DNA of 48,580 nt, the filler included, from Dimargaris cristalligena (Eukaryota): assembly GCA_003614675.1 (NCBI GenBank). It is 2 parts of 2 records of this genome, joined end to end, with 100 filler letters (N's around TTAATTAATTAA, not from the genome) between each part and the next. Parts side by side here need not be neighbours in the genome. Positions count along the whole stretch, not along the records: positions 1 to 24,261 come from ML002592.1; positions 24,362 to 48,580 come from ML002593.1. The stretch is one strand, 5' to 3'. The position numbers and the translations under genes were made by a program. Positions 12,424 to 24,907 of this stretch are shown in pieces. The notes under the pieces are model-generated. The model was not told where the DNA came from and searched no databases. It worked only from the letters and a program-made list of their open reading frames with translations. The first letter of the stretch is position 1. Every line of letters begins with the position of its first letter.

Positions 12424-15400
12424 ATGGTCCTTCCAAGTCAACGGAGCCTATTCGCCAATGAGCCCTCCTCTCCCCAAGCCACCCCCGGCCCTGGTACCAA
12501 GTCCGTCAACGGGTGTCTCCGCGTCCGGCTCGCCCACATTGACTACTACCTCAATCGCCCGCCTACGGCCTGGGATCAAGTTGCGCCGTCTGCCCCGGCC
12601 ACTCTGGGACAACCCCACCAGGCCCCCGTCATTCGCATATACGGGCGTGATGCGGTAACCAATAGCACTGTATGCATCCATGTCCACCAAGTATGGCCGT
12701 ACCTTTATATCCCGTATCGTGCCTCACTAGAGACGGCCGATGGTAAGCCACTTTATCCAAAAGATTCACCGATGCGATTCATTTCGAAAGGATCACTTTC
12801 ATTATATTGCAATCCACTCCCTCAGTGGTATTCTGGCCCCCTCATCGCCCATCAGGAGACTGTGTTTATAGCTAGATAACCGACTTTGTAAGCGATATTG
12901 GGGTTGTCCGTTTCTCCCATCCACAGAATACCGCACTGAGCTATCATTAAGTCTAAATCACGCGCTTGCCGTGGCCGTTGGGCATTCTGCCATCGATCCT
13001 CGTCGAAACCCCCTGGTTACTCAGCTTACCCTAGTACGCGGCATACCATTCTACGGCTATCATGTTGGTGAGCTGCTTTTTTGGAAAGTGCACTACAGCC
13101 AGCCGGGCCATGGCCGCATTCTTGCCGAGCTATTACAGCGCGGCGCTGTATTAGACACCCCGTTCGATGTCTACGAGGCCCATATCCCTTACTTGTTGCA
13201 GTTTATGATCGATCACAACCTGTATGGGATGGACTGGGTCGTAGCAGACTCTTTTACTCGCCGGTCTAGTGGCCCAGTGCCGTCAGTCAGTGCTTGGCCC
13301 GCCCTCTCCTCTAATCACCAGGCACTCGAGCCCGCTACTTGGTGTGCTCAAGAAGTCGACGTTATGGGCCAGGCTATCGTTAACCAGTACTGGGTACGGG
13401 CTCGTAACATGCATAACCGAGTTGCCGAGTCGCAAGTGATGCCCAAAGTTTCGAGCGCTCGCCTTGTACCCTCGCTCGCTAGCATTGTTGAGGTATGCGG
13501 TTATTAGTATTTACTTAGTGCCACGGAGTGGTTACGGGCCGATTTCGGCCATTCTATTGGCGAGTGTCTTAACTCCAAGCTGAAAAAAAAAAACGACTAA
13601 CTGCATGCTTCCATACTTTATCCAGAGCGTAGATGGTTCAAAGTTTTGATATTGGAACCGCACCGAATACTCCCTCCGCGAAGTCAAAATCCAAAACTAC
13701 CGACAGGCCTGTGGGCTCACCCTCACCATCTTCCCCCCAATTATACTATCCGAAATGGTCGAATGAAGACCAGCTGCGAACCCTTTTAAAGCGGTACATT
13801 CAAAACGATGGTTGTGGGGATAAATCCTTCACCAATTACGACTCCCACTGTTTTCGGCAACTTTGCCATCCTAGTAGTTCCCCCATAAATGACCAATCGC
13901 GGGATCGGTGGAACAATATCCAGCAACATTGGTCTAATTTTCCTTCCGGAATGGCAGTATCAGTATCCAGCTGTGCCAAAATGCGACTCATACCCACTTC
14001 GTTCGAGGCCATTGTTCAGCGGCCCCGACAATCACCAGCAGGACTGCCAACATTTACGCAGTGTAGTGGAACCGAATCGGGTAAGTCTCAGGGTAACTCT
14101 GAAGCCCTTAAATATTTACTAATACTTCATCAAATCTTAAGGATCCCCCCAATGAAAATGGTTTACTACGAGTAATTTTTGACATTGTATATTCTTGACG
14201 TGCTTGATGTTATATATTCCCAATGAATGCCTCGATTATGAAAACTCGTTAGTTCCACCAACCCAAAGCATTGTGAACCATCGGGCAATCGCCCATTCCC
14301 GGGCCCATTGCTTGACCCCTGGAGAGCGGAATCTATCACAGGAGCATCAATGGGCTCCGGGCTCTTTGTTAACCCCTGATAAACCTTCGACTTCTCCCTC
14401 CACCGGTATGGTGCTAGAATCAGACATCCCTAATGGTCACTCCGACGCTCCATTTATTGAACCTCAGTGTGATGAGATCTTAGAGGACCCCAACCTAGAA
14501 GCGGACGAATTGGACGAAATAGATATGGAGCTATGGGAGATTCTGCGGGATATGGGGCAAGAGGACTCCGGCAGTGAAAGTAGCCTGCCTTCCCCACTTG
14601 CCGATCACTCATCCCGAAATGGTGATATGCCGATCACTGAGGACCTTTCAGCCGGCTCTATTCCGAATAATGCCCCAGAGGATTCCCAATTATCCCAATA
14701 TTTAACTCCAATTCCATCCACCTGGCCGATTCCGCAGTGGGATGGGGCTGACGACATCCCCTGTATTAAAGCTCCGACGGACAATACCCGGTCTTCAACC
14801 AACCCGCGGCCCCCACCTATTAAAAAACCCCGACACCGCCCCGCGCTCAAGTTTAGTACTAAACGACTCTCCCTGAAACCGTCTCCGCATGCCCGTCCAC
14901 AATATCCTCAGATCCCACTGCAACCAAGTGGCCAGCTTCCCCCCGCCAATAGTCCTAGTTTAACACCAGGCCGTTCTTCTTCAGCCAGGCCCGAACGGCT
15001 GCTTCCGAGTAAGGAGGGTCTAACATCGACCCCTTCAACCATCACGCCCCTCCACTTCACCTCCTCCCGCCGACAGGCCCGTGATTCTACCCGGAAACCT
15101 GCACATAATAATACTTTCCCCTCATCGGTTACGCCTAGTCGGCCTCCACGAACCTCCTCTTTGACAATTGGGCCTTCGCACCGGTCTACTATCGTCTCAA
15201 CTACTCGTCAGTCCCGTAGAAGATCCGACACTTCACGTGGTCATCGCTCCCCTTTAGAAAAAACGCCTGTATCCCGGACCCCTCTCTTCACACGCCCCCC
15301 GCCGGTAGTATACCAAGGCCGTCTACCTACATGTTTGGGCGATGAAATAGATGATATGGAGGAAGACGGCATATATCAATTATCGCCCACTGATTTGACA

Positions 15401-18400
15401 GGTGGGGCGCCTAAGTCCATCCCAGTGTCGCCAGATCCGACGTGGATGTCCCAACTACTTGACGCGACACCTCGGGACCGACCGTCCCAATTTTCGGCCT
15501 CGACGACTACATCCCCCACCCCACCTAAAAGTTGGGTTCCGAATCCGATTTTGTCATCAGCAGGCTCAACCGATGATCCGCCCAATTCACCACTTGCGTC
15601 TCCGCTACTTTGGGCCACCCCCGCCGAGCTTCGCACCCAGGCCAGTTCGGTGTACCGAGACTATACTGACTTACCTGGTATTCAATCGCCCTTCAAAACA
15701 CCACGGGCTGCTTCCTCGCCCACTGCTACGCAGGTCCCTCTGACTATCGAATCGCTGTTTAATACGCCTATTGCCAATCTGGCTCCTCGGCTAACCGCAA
15801 GTCATTCTGCTAGTGCTTCTGGATTCCGACCAACTCCTATATTCACAGCAGAATGGCAGCCTCCGGCGACACCATGTCCTTCGTCGACAGTTAAGCATAC
15901 TGCGCAACTGACTAGTCTAACATTAGGTAGTTCACCACCACTATTGGGCGCTATCCTACCACCCCCAGTTCCGGAGGTGATTGATTCTGCAATGCCTATA
16001 ATTTATGACGTAGACGAAGCAATAAGCCAAAAGCGACTGCTCCCTGATACTTCTGATGTGGAACTGACATACTCGCCGGTCAATAACGGTTGGTGGCCTA
16101 CCCAGAGTCAAAATACAGGTGATTTTACACCAGGGGAATCCCTTAGGTATATCAATTCACCACCCAATATCTCGCATTCCCCAGGGCCACTCATTCCTGA
16201 CGAGCCACTCTCCCAACAGTTCTGGGGTAATGGAATGGATGTGGAATCTGAACCAGAAGACCCCAAATCGGCTGATATTGGTTCAGGGAAGAGGTGTTTT
16301 CGATATGCACGTCCACCACCAACCCACCAGGAGCTGCTCTCCAGTCTACCAACGTATAATTTGGCACCGGTGGTTTACCAGGCACCAGCATTCAGTATGG
16401 TCGAATCGGAAAAATTGAATCACCGGCCCAACTTGTCGGGCTTCCGGCATTGGACATTAGCGGCCAAACCCCCATCCACTCAATCGATCCGAGACTGGCT
16501 CTGCTCACCAGGTACACGTAAGTCCAGCCATATCCGATCATTCCGAATTAGTAGTTCCGTCGCACAGAAAACGTGTATATTGCGAAGGGTGGTACTCCAT
16601 TGTCATCTTTCCAGCCAACACCATTGGCGGTGGCGATTATTACTATTGACGGTTGAGGTGCTGGTTATTAATTCCTACCCTGTATTTCCGAATACCTTTA
16701 CTGGCTTGTCCACCATGTCAACTGCGCGGTGCCATAGTAGCACAACAGTCGAAGGCTTCAGGCATCGTGTATCAATCACCATCCAGTTGCCGGGATACTC
16801 CCATGAAGGGCATCCATTCAGAGGCAGCAACTCCTGAGATTAGTCAGGTATGTTCTGTCGCCCGACACGTCCTTGCTTTTTATTATATTGTAGTCGACTT
16901 TCTAGCTCTGTATGTTCCACACACACTATTCTCTGCTGTTTAAATACCAGGGTTATTAGTTGGTTTTCATGGAATAACCTAACATTTGCTTCTGTTTGGA
17001 TCGGTATATCGACTCACCCGTAGATTCAAGGCCCTAGTAACCGAAGGCGTCCTGACTATAAAGTCAGTCAGAACTACAGCACGCCGCAAGCCGCGACTTT
17101 CCACACGCTCATGTCGGTCTTAAGTCTAGAAATACATGGTAAGTACAGTCGTGTTTCTGTAGAAGCCAATGCAGCCACGCCTATTAAGGTACGCTAGTCT
17201 TGTATATCTGGGGGGTTTCCGTGAATTCCAACAGGCTTGATAGAGAAAATGCCCAATTATTGGCGGTTCTAGAATTCTCAATATAGCCCTCCTCATTTGC
17301 TGACTTTCGGTTGACCCGTTTTAAAAAATGATTTGTATAATTAAACTTCCTAGTAAATACCCGGGGATCGCTCTGTCCTGATCCACTTCACGATCCAATC
17401 CAGGCAATCTTCTGCAGCCTTTGGGAACCCACAGATTTTTCCCAGCAAGCGACCAGCACCGAAGAACTCTCCACCAACTCATCAGAGGGTGATACCAGTG
17501 GATCCAAGACCTTCCAAACCTATATTTTCTACTGCGATGCCGTAGCCACGCCTACCAATGGTGATGAAATCCCATCAGGAGACCCGGCCCTCGCGCGCCT
17601 TATCCGAAGCTCCTGTAATCGAACGAACTCCGATGTTATATTAGTCCCCTTGCAGGATGAGACTCGCCTCTTGCACATTCTGTGCCACTGGATTACGCGT
17701 CGCTGGGACCCTGATATTATTGCGGGGTACGAGATCCAGAATGGGTCATGGGGGTATCTCCTGGACCGAGCTGCGTGGGTTTACCACCTGGACCTAAACG
17801 AAATGCTCTCCCGCCTGCGAGTCGACCCAACCACCAAGGATCGACCAGACTTACCTTCTGATATGGGGCCGCCGGGCGCTCCCGCAAACCCTCGGGTGGA
17901 ACGACATGCCGCGGAAGCGTACCGCCGTCGCAAATCATCGTCGATTCAGATCAGTGGCCGCCATGTGCTTAACGTTTGGCGGATAATGAAGAGCCGCTGC
18001 GCCTTGAATATATTTTCTTTTGAAAATGTTGTATACCACTTTCTCCACCGTCGGTAGGTGAACTGTTTTTTTTTGAGAGAGTATATTTAATACAGCTGAC
18101 CTGTACTTGAAACATGACTATACAAAAAAAATTATAAGCTATCACTTAGTCAACTAACCACCATCGTATAATTATTATCTCCTCCTCTCTATATATACAT
18201 GTGTCTTTTGTACGACCAACCCCAATTACTTTGGACCAGGGTACCCCGCTTTGACTATGACACACTTACCCGATGGTCTACGGAGGGATCCCCCATCCTG
18301 CAGAGCCGTGTATATCAGTACCATTTAGAGAGGGCCGAACTAACCAACAAACTCCTGGATGCCAGCAATGTTATCCACCAGTCGAGCGAATTCGCCAAAG

Positions 18401-20796
18401 TATACGGTGTGGATTTCTTTTCTGTTCTCACCCGAGGGTCGCAGTTTAAAGTGGAGGCGATGATGCTCCGCTTGACTAAGCCCGAGAATTTTATGACCCT
18501 TTCCCCGGGGGCTAAGAAGGTCGCTCAACAGCGCGCAGCCGAGTGCCTACCATTGGTAATGGAGCCCCAATCGAACCTTTACACCAGCCCTTTGATCGTC
18601 CTGGACTTCCAATCCCTGTACCCATCCATCATGATCGCCTACAACTACTGCTATTCAACCTGCCTCGGCATGATGGCAACCTTCGATCAGCCCAAACCTA
18701 TGGGGGCGGGCGAAGTAAACCTACCCCGTGGACTCGTAGGGACGTTGGCCAGGCATAATCTACTTCAAGTTGCCCCCAATGGGGCCATGTACGTCAAGGC
18801 ACCGGTTCGACAGAGCTTAGTGGCCCGGATGCTCACCGAAATACTTGATACTCGAGTCTTGGTTAAACAACAAATGGCCCGGATTAGTCAACTACTCATT
18901 GAGACCGCCAAGGTCACCGCCACCCGCGACCGACGGGCCCTGCTCCAGGCCCGGGTACGGAAGCTGGACTCTTTTCAAATGGCCCTCAAACTGGTCGCTA
19001 ATGTAACCTACGGCTACATCGGGGCCAGTTTCTCCGGTCGAATGCCCTGCGTGGACATCGCCGATAGCATCGTTCAGACGGGTCGGGAGACTCTGGAGCG
19101 GGCCATTGCTGCGGTGAATAACCACCCGACTTGGAACGCCAAAGTGGTCTATGGGGATACGGATAGTCTTTTTGTCTATTTGCCGGGAGCGACCCGGGAC
19201 CAGGCCTTTGACATTGGCGAAGAAATGGCGAAGTTTATTTCGGACCAAAACCCACCACCCGTCAAACTAAAATTTGAAAAGGTAAGCACACCCACTAAAG
19301 CCCATTCCCACTTCTAATACACATATCAATCTATGCGGCTGGTTGGACTGAACGCTAGTATATGGGAGAAGTTCATTCAGGCTGTATAATGAAAAATCCA
19401 TTGGATGAGGCCAATATTACTGGTTAAAAGCTATTCTCACAGATTATTCACCCATACATGTATCATATAAAACCTTAAACAGCTGGTTTGAATTTCACCC
19501 ATATCGACAAAATGCTGTTCAAATCCATCTTATTACCCGGCCCCAGTCCCCACTTTTCATATTCGCCGGCTAACCAGCTGAACTATACCACTGTGGGCTA
19601 ATGGGTGTTATTCACTTTATAGGTTTACCATCCTTGTGTGCTCTTGGCTAAGAAGCGCTATGTCGGTTATAAATACGAACACCGCCGCCAAGCCGAGCCC
19701 ATATTTGAAGGCAAAGGCATTGAAACCGTCCGGCGTGATGGCTGCCCCGCTACCCAGAAAATAATGGAGAAGTGTCTTCGGCTACTTTTCGAGCATCAGG
19801 ATTTGACCCGCATTCGGACCTACTTGCACCGCGAATGGGGTAAGATCTCGAGGGGACGGGTTAGTATCCAGGATTTCGTCTTCGCTAAGGAGGTCAAATT
19901 AGGCGTGTATAACCCCAACCGCCTCCCGCCCCCGGGCGCTATTGTGTCCCTGAAGCATATGGCGGTGGATCCCCGGCAGGAACCCCAGTATGGCGAGCGT
20001 GTCCCGTACGTGGTGGTCTACGGTGGACCCCAGGACCGGCTGGCTGACCAAGTGATGAGTCCGCGGGAGCTTCTGGCCAACCCTCAGATGCGGCTACACG
20101 GCCGGTATTACATTCTTAAGCAAATAATCCCCAGCCTCAATCGAATATTTACACTTATTGGAGTGGATTTACACCATTGGTTCAACGAAATGCCCAAAAG
20201 TAGCCATAACCGCCGAATGCTTCACTCGTTATACCATCAAACGGGTGGTTTGGACTCGAGTGGCGCACCAACGAATCTTCCGCGAACCACATTGGATCAA
20301 TATTTTAAATACCACCAGTGCCTCGTTTGTTCAACTCAAACTAAACAAGGTAGGCCAACATGGTGGGCTGTTGAAATGTATTGACACTATTGCCCACAAT
20401 ACTAATTCAATACCACGGACTCTGGGCAATGGGAGGCCAATGTTGATTCCCACTGGTCGTTTTCGATTCTAACGAACCCATTATATACACAACCCTGACT
20501 GCGATGCGGTAGATATATGTCCTGCATGTGCCAATCAACCCCAGGCCACCATCCTTACTCTGACCCTAAAGGTTCAACGCATGGAACGACGCCATCAATT
20601 TCTCAACCAGTGTTGCAGTCAGTGCACCTCGGTACCGGATTTTTTGCTGCGGGCCCCCGTTGGGCATCCATTGATCTGCAGCTCCCTCGACTGCCCGATT
20701 TACTATGAGCAAATCAAAAGCCAGGCGGAACTTACCACTCGGCCATTGTATTGGAACTGCGCGCATGATATTGAGCAGGAATGGCAAGAACTGTGA
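12424..20796 (+). CDS. REV3: DNA polymerase zeta catalytic subunit (family B), about 10 exons
   Basis: Predicted exons 12424-12742, 12927-13492, 13633-14080, 14253-16517, a short exon ending 16847 (acceptor uncertain), 17024-17138, 17354-18053, 18240-19281, 19623-20349 and 20513-20796. Motifs: HVHQVWPYLY, GIPFYGYH, YEAHIPYLLQFMIDHNLYGM, LSLEIH|VNTRG, DPDIIAGYEIQNGSWGYL, RGSQFKVE, LDFQSLYPS, KLVANVTYGY, YGDTDSLF, KLKFEK|VYHPC, KGIETVRRD, and C-terminal CysA/CysB clusters (CLVC..CPAC; CSQC..CSSLDC). Confidence 0.93.
19360..19504 (-). mobile_element. ~140-bp MITE, copy 3, inside a REV3 intron (19282-19622)
   Basis: ATAT-GGGAGAAGTTCATTCAGGCTGTATAA...AGCTGGTTTGAATTTCACCC-ATAT; reverse complement of copy 1. 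Confidence 0.85.
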
Positions 20797-21312
20797 GTCT
20801 CTTCTAAGCGAATTTGGGTTCTCTGTGGTTTATAAAACTACTAAGCCGAAGTGTTGTTTTCAAGGTTTAGGGGGGGAGGGGGTTGGCAGCAACAACCCGC
20901 GGGATAAGGGTTCTAGAACCCTAAATATCCTTACGGCCCTGATTATCGACGAGGGAAATTCTTATTCCAAGATATTGTTCCGATGTCTTTAGCTAAACTA
21001 TAGCCGTCTGCAATTTAATGGCACTGGCTAATACTGCAAATGAAGTATCGAAGATGAATAATATAATTGCAGTGTGGTTTTATGGCAGCATCGCTCTGAA
21101 GGGGTTACAATCTAACAGTTTCTTTTCAATAGTATTTTCATCTATTAGAATAGGATGCCAAATTCAGCCAACCGACTGTGCTATCCAAAGCAATTTCTAT
21201 TAGCACAATGTCTCGTTCATCTGTCGAAGTATCTTTCCACGGAAATTCTCATTTACCGGCGTTGCCAGTCCCATCAAGCAAAAAAAAAGTATGACGCAAA
21301 TTAGTCTGGGTG

Positions 21313-21645
21313 ATGAATATAGTCAGTAATGCGGTAGTTGTGGTACTGGTTTGCTTCACCTTCGATACATTAGACTTAGTAGTGTAAAATATGGCCTCAG
21401 CTTCCTTATCCAGGCGTGGAGACACCGAGATGGAGGATCCCTGGCCAAATGGCATGTCAATACTCAAGGGTGCAGACAGTCTGGTTACGAGGGCGCGGTT
21501 AATATGATATTATAATGGCTAAATTACGCTGAAAATACTAGCGAAATTAATATCCTCAATATATGAACAACAGATAGTTAGATGACTGCTGTGTTTCCTT
21601 CGCAGGGTTCAAACATCTTTTATAAGCAAAGTAGAACACTGAAAG
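21313..21645 (+). pseudogene. Possible decayed secreted-protein gene
   Basis: MNIVSNAVVVVLVCFTFDTLDLVV*NMASASLSRRGDTEMEDPW...: hydrophobic leader with an in-frame TAA at 21385. A downstream exon-like segment is bounded by ttccttcgcAG and GTAAGT. Confidence 0.25.
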
Positions 21646-21830
21646 TAAGTCAATTGCAATTCAAAATATATAAAAAGATAAAAGGTAGCAAACAATAGAC
21701 GCACTCGATGTAAATATATCAATTATAATTGGTTTGCTGAAGTAAATTGCTGTATTGATAGGATAAGCATAGTTAGAACAGATGTTAAGATAAAAGCAAA
21801 AAAAAAAAAAACATAGATGTGGTGGGTAAA

Positions 21831-21951
21831 ATATGGGTGAGATTCAAAACAGCTGTATAAGGTTTTACATAATACGTGTATGGGCAAATATATGTGAGAA
21901 TAGCTTTTAATCAGTAATATTTGCCCCATCCAATGGATTTTTCATTATACA
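21831..21951 (+). mobile_element. MITE copy 4 (right end truncated)
   Basis: ATAT-GGGTGAGATTCAAAACAGCTGTATAAGGTTTTAC...ATGGATTTTTCATTATACA; similarity then stops. Confidence 0.8.
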
Positions 21952-22476
21952 ACATTAATCCCCTTAACCCTTATAAACGGGATTTGATATCTAACCCTGT
22001 CAATCAATTGTGGCATTCCGGACGGTATTACACACACAATCTTACTAATCACCAACTAGTACCCAGAACTTGTATAGGTGAGATTTGCCTTCATAAGATA
22101 AATAAGCTGGTGTGTTCTGCCAAGTTGAGTGAACCAAAAAATCCATTTTATTCGAAAGCCTCTACAGTTGATTTGAATTTCACCCAAAGTAATGATCCGT
22201 ATTTCTTTCGAAAATAGCCCCTTCAAATTAGTCTCCTAATTATTGGTTCTTCTGCTATCCACCCTAATCTACGTGTCTGATTACCAGGTTGATCTCGCTA
22301 TCAAAAAAGCAGGATATGGGAAATCCTATCTGTGATATATTTTACGCCCCGCTCCTGCATTGATCAATTGAATACCACTACTAGAGTACCCAGCGGTACA
22401 TTCTTGCAACGGGCAATCACCAGGTGATCCAATTATCTACTTTGGCGGAACAATGAACCTTAGAAAACTAAGGACC

Positions 22477-22619
22477 ATATGGGAGCAGTTCAACAAGGCT
22501 GTATAACAAAAAATCCATTTGATGAGGGGAATACTACTGGTTGAAAATAAACATCCTACTAATATCCCATACACATATCTGTTACAACCTTATACAACCA
22601 AGCCGAATTTCACCCATAT
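22477..22619 (-). mobile_element. MITE copy 5 (full length)
   Basis: ATAT-GGGAGCAGTTCAACAAGGCTGTATAA...CCAAGCCGAATTTCACCC-ATAT. Confidence 0.85.
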
Positions 22620-22849
22620 TGTATTACCTCATTCCCCTTCCAAATGCAACAATCACTATTAGGTGGTCAAAAAAAAGCACAACAACCCACATACCCATGG
22701 GTTTGGATTCCTCACATGGTGGCTGTACTACCGCTGCGGAACATATAACATAATATGGGTATATCCTATTGATTTAACCATATGCATGTCATTTAAAACT
22801 GGATGAAACTGGGCTGAATTTCCTTTCAATGATAATAGGTATGAAAACA

Positions 22850-24080
22850 TGCTATGGTAGCACGGCCTGTAATGCCCTTCTGGATTAAAGACGCCAAACA
22901 AGACATCCTGGTAATTTAGGCCCAATTGTTCTAAACAATCTATAGGATCTTCATAATAATGATATACTTTTCCACCATTAAGTCCATGCTATTAACAGGC
23001 AAATACTGAACCATCAGATTTTTCAGTACCCCGCAGTCAAGGTAGACAGCAAGGCTGTAGCACAACAGGCCAGGGAGACTTCTATTCAACTAATAGAACC
23101 TGCCAATGTTTAACCGTGACCTAAAATTGGTGAAGATAAGATGAAGAATCCCGGTGACCATGGCAATGTGAAGATTGCCTTAGAATACCCCGGCTTACTA
23201 TACAATTCATAAAAATAGGGCACAGCCACCATTTAGGCCAGTCATCTCCTCCAATGCCGCAGTTGGTGTCAATGTAAACCACTAATAATTTAGTTCACAT
23301 GGCCTATCCCAATTGTATTTTAAATAACTATCAGTAATTCCAGGTTCGTCCACTATTATAATCAATCACTGAAGGGTAGGAAACTTCATCCTTCCTGTTA
23401 GGGGCGCGGCATTTAGCTGGGATTAAGCTATGCCTAGACTGTAATCATTTGATCAGTGGTTAATCAGGACCAGCAGGGTCTATCAGAACCATTGCCAGCC
23501 CATTATAATGGTTGATAAGTGGATCCATCTCCTTGAATAACCCATACGGTGGGTAACAATGAAGGGTTTAGCTGTCATAGCTGGTCTGATCATCCTTGAA
23601 AAAAGCACAGACCTGGAAAATCAAGAAGTTTTTCTGCATAGTTATTATGAAAATCTTTTTATTTAGAAGCCTCCAGTCCAAAGGTTCAGCCATAACCCTA
23701 TCTTAGGATTAGTTGCTGTAGGCCTTAAGACACCTATTAATTGTGCCTAACCATAGTATAATGTATATTGTAAGACAGATATACTAACTGTATATGTTCA
23801 TGAAGCCACTTGAATAAGGCAACAAAGGAAATAATGAGGTATAATAGCTATTCCTTGGTGAATTCCTAATATATGCTACTGACAAGGGTATTGTTGACCC
23901 AATAGGGTATTGGAATAGACACCCACTTGCAGACCATGTTGAAAAAGTAGTTAGGTACCAATGTAATGTCTGATTAATAAAACAATCAGCAGATTATAAA
24001 TAGGCACACAAACTCCATTCCTAGTACCCACTTATTAGCAACATATTTTGGATACACTTACCATAGCTGTTGCTCCCTTT
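22850..24080 (-). pseudogene. Decayed, CpG-poor coding relic, possibly a paralogue of the 31839-33378 secreted protein
   Basis: Fragments LLCYSLAVYLDCGVLKNLMVQYL and, after a frameshift, DPIDCLEQLGLNY loosely echo LAYMASYEL...LFDCAIENGW. Many stop codons; minus-strand GTAAGT near 24060. Confidence 0.25.
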
Positions 24081-24261
24081 CCACCTTTTTCTCCCCTTAA
24101 CCTTTCACCTTACTTCCCCCCCCCCCACCTCCCACTTTTATCTCCTCCCCCCCTCACCATGGCCATTCTTAAGCCTCTTCCTGCAATAATGCAGGGACTA
24201 ATTCACCTTAGCCACCCCCAACAGGGTGGTTCTGGGTATCCCTCTTTTGTTCTGAGGGATT

Positions 24262-24361
24262 NNNNNNNNNNNNNNNNNNNNNNNNNNNNNNNNNNNNNNN
24301 NNNNNTTAATTAATTAANNNNNNNNNNNNNNNNNNNNNNNNNNNNNNNNNNNNNNNNNNNN
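24262..24361. other. Artificial contig-joining linker: N44-TTAATTAATTAA-N44
   Basis: Exactly 100 nt with a central six-frame-stop 12-mer; an assembly or concatenation artefact. Confidence 0.95.
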
Positions 24362-24907
24362 TTTATATTACGCCCCAAATTCCAATATGAAAAGGTATCA
24401 GGGACAAATTGGGGGAAGCAGGCAGAAAAGAAGAATTGTGAAACACGACGCCAGGCCAGTTAAAATAAAATAAAAAAGCCGATCGGTCTGAATTGAATGG
24501 ATGAACAATGAAATGAGGGAGGGAGGGAGGGAGAGGGCCCTGGTAATAATGGGGAATGGATAAAAGAGAGCTGTTAAAGGAATCTAACTGAACTATAATA
24601 GGGCGCTAGAATAACTCTCAAGATGGTAGGTAAAATAAAACAATGAATTGAAAAGGATGGAAAGAAGTGTCCATATATTGGATTAATGTTGAAGGTTGGT
24701 ATAGCTTAGCTTGTGACTCTGTGCGAACCGATATAAGACCATGCCAACTACACTGCAATCATTGGGAATGACACTATTTGTTTTTGAGGGAAATTTGTCC
24801 CCAATGTGAGATGGACAAAACTCCAACCCATTACAGCCCAGCCACCCAAACAGACACACACACACATGAGCGCATGAACGAGTGCTAATTTACGTTATAC
24901 TAAAGGC

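Noticed and set aside
21921-22753. ORFs 21921-22217 and 22541-22753
   Set aside because: They begin inside MITE copies at TTG codons; chance read-through.
24262-24361. TTAATTAATTAA palindrome within an N-run as a biological site
   Set aside because: Symmetric 100-nt synthetic linker with stops in all six frames; an assembly artefact.
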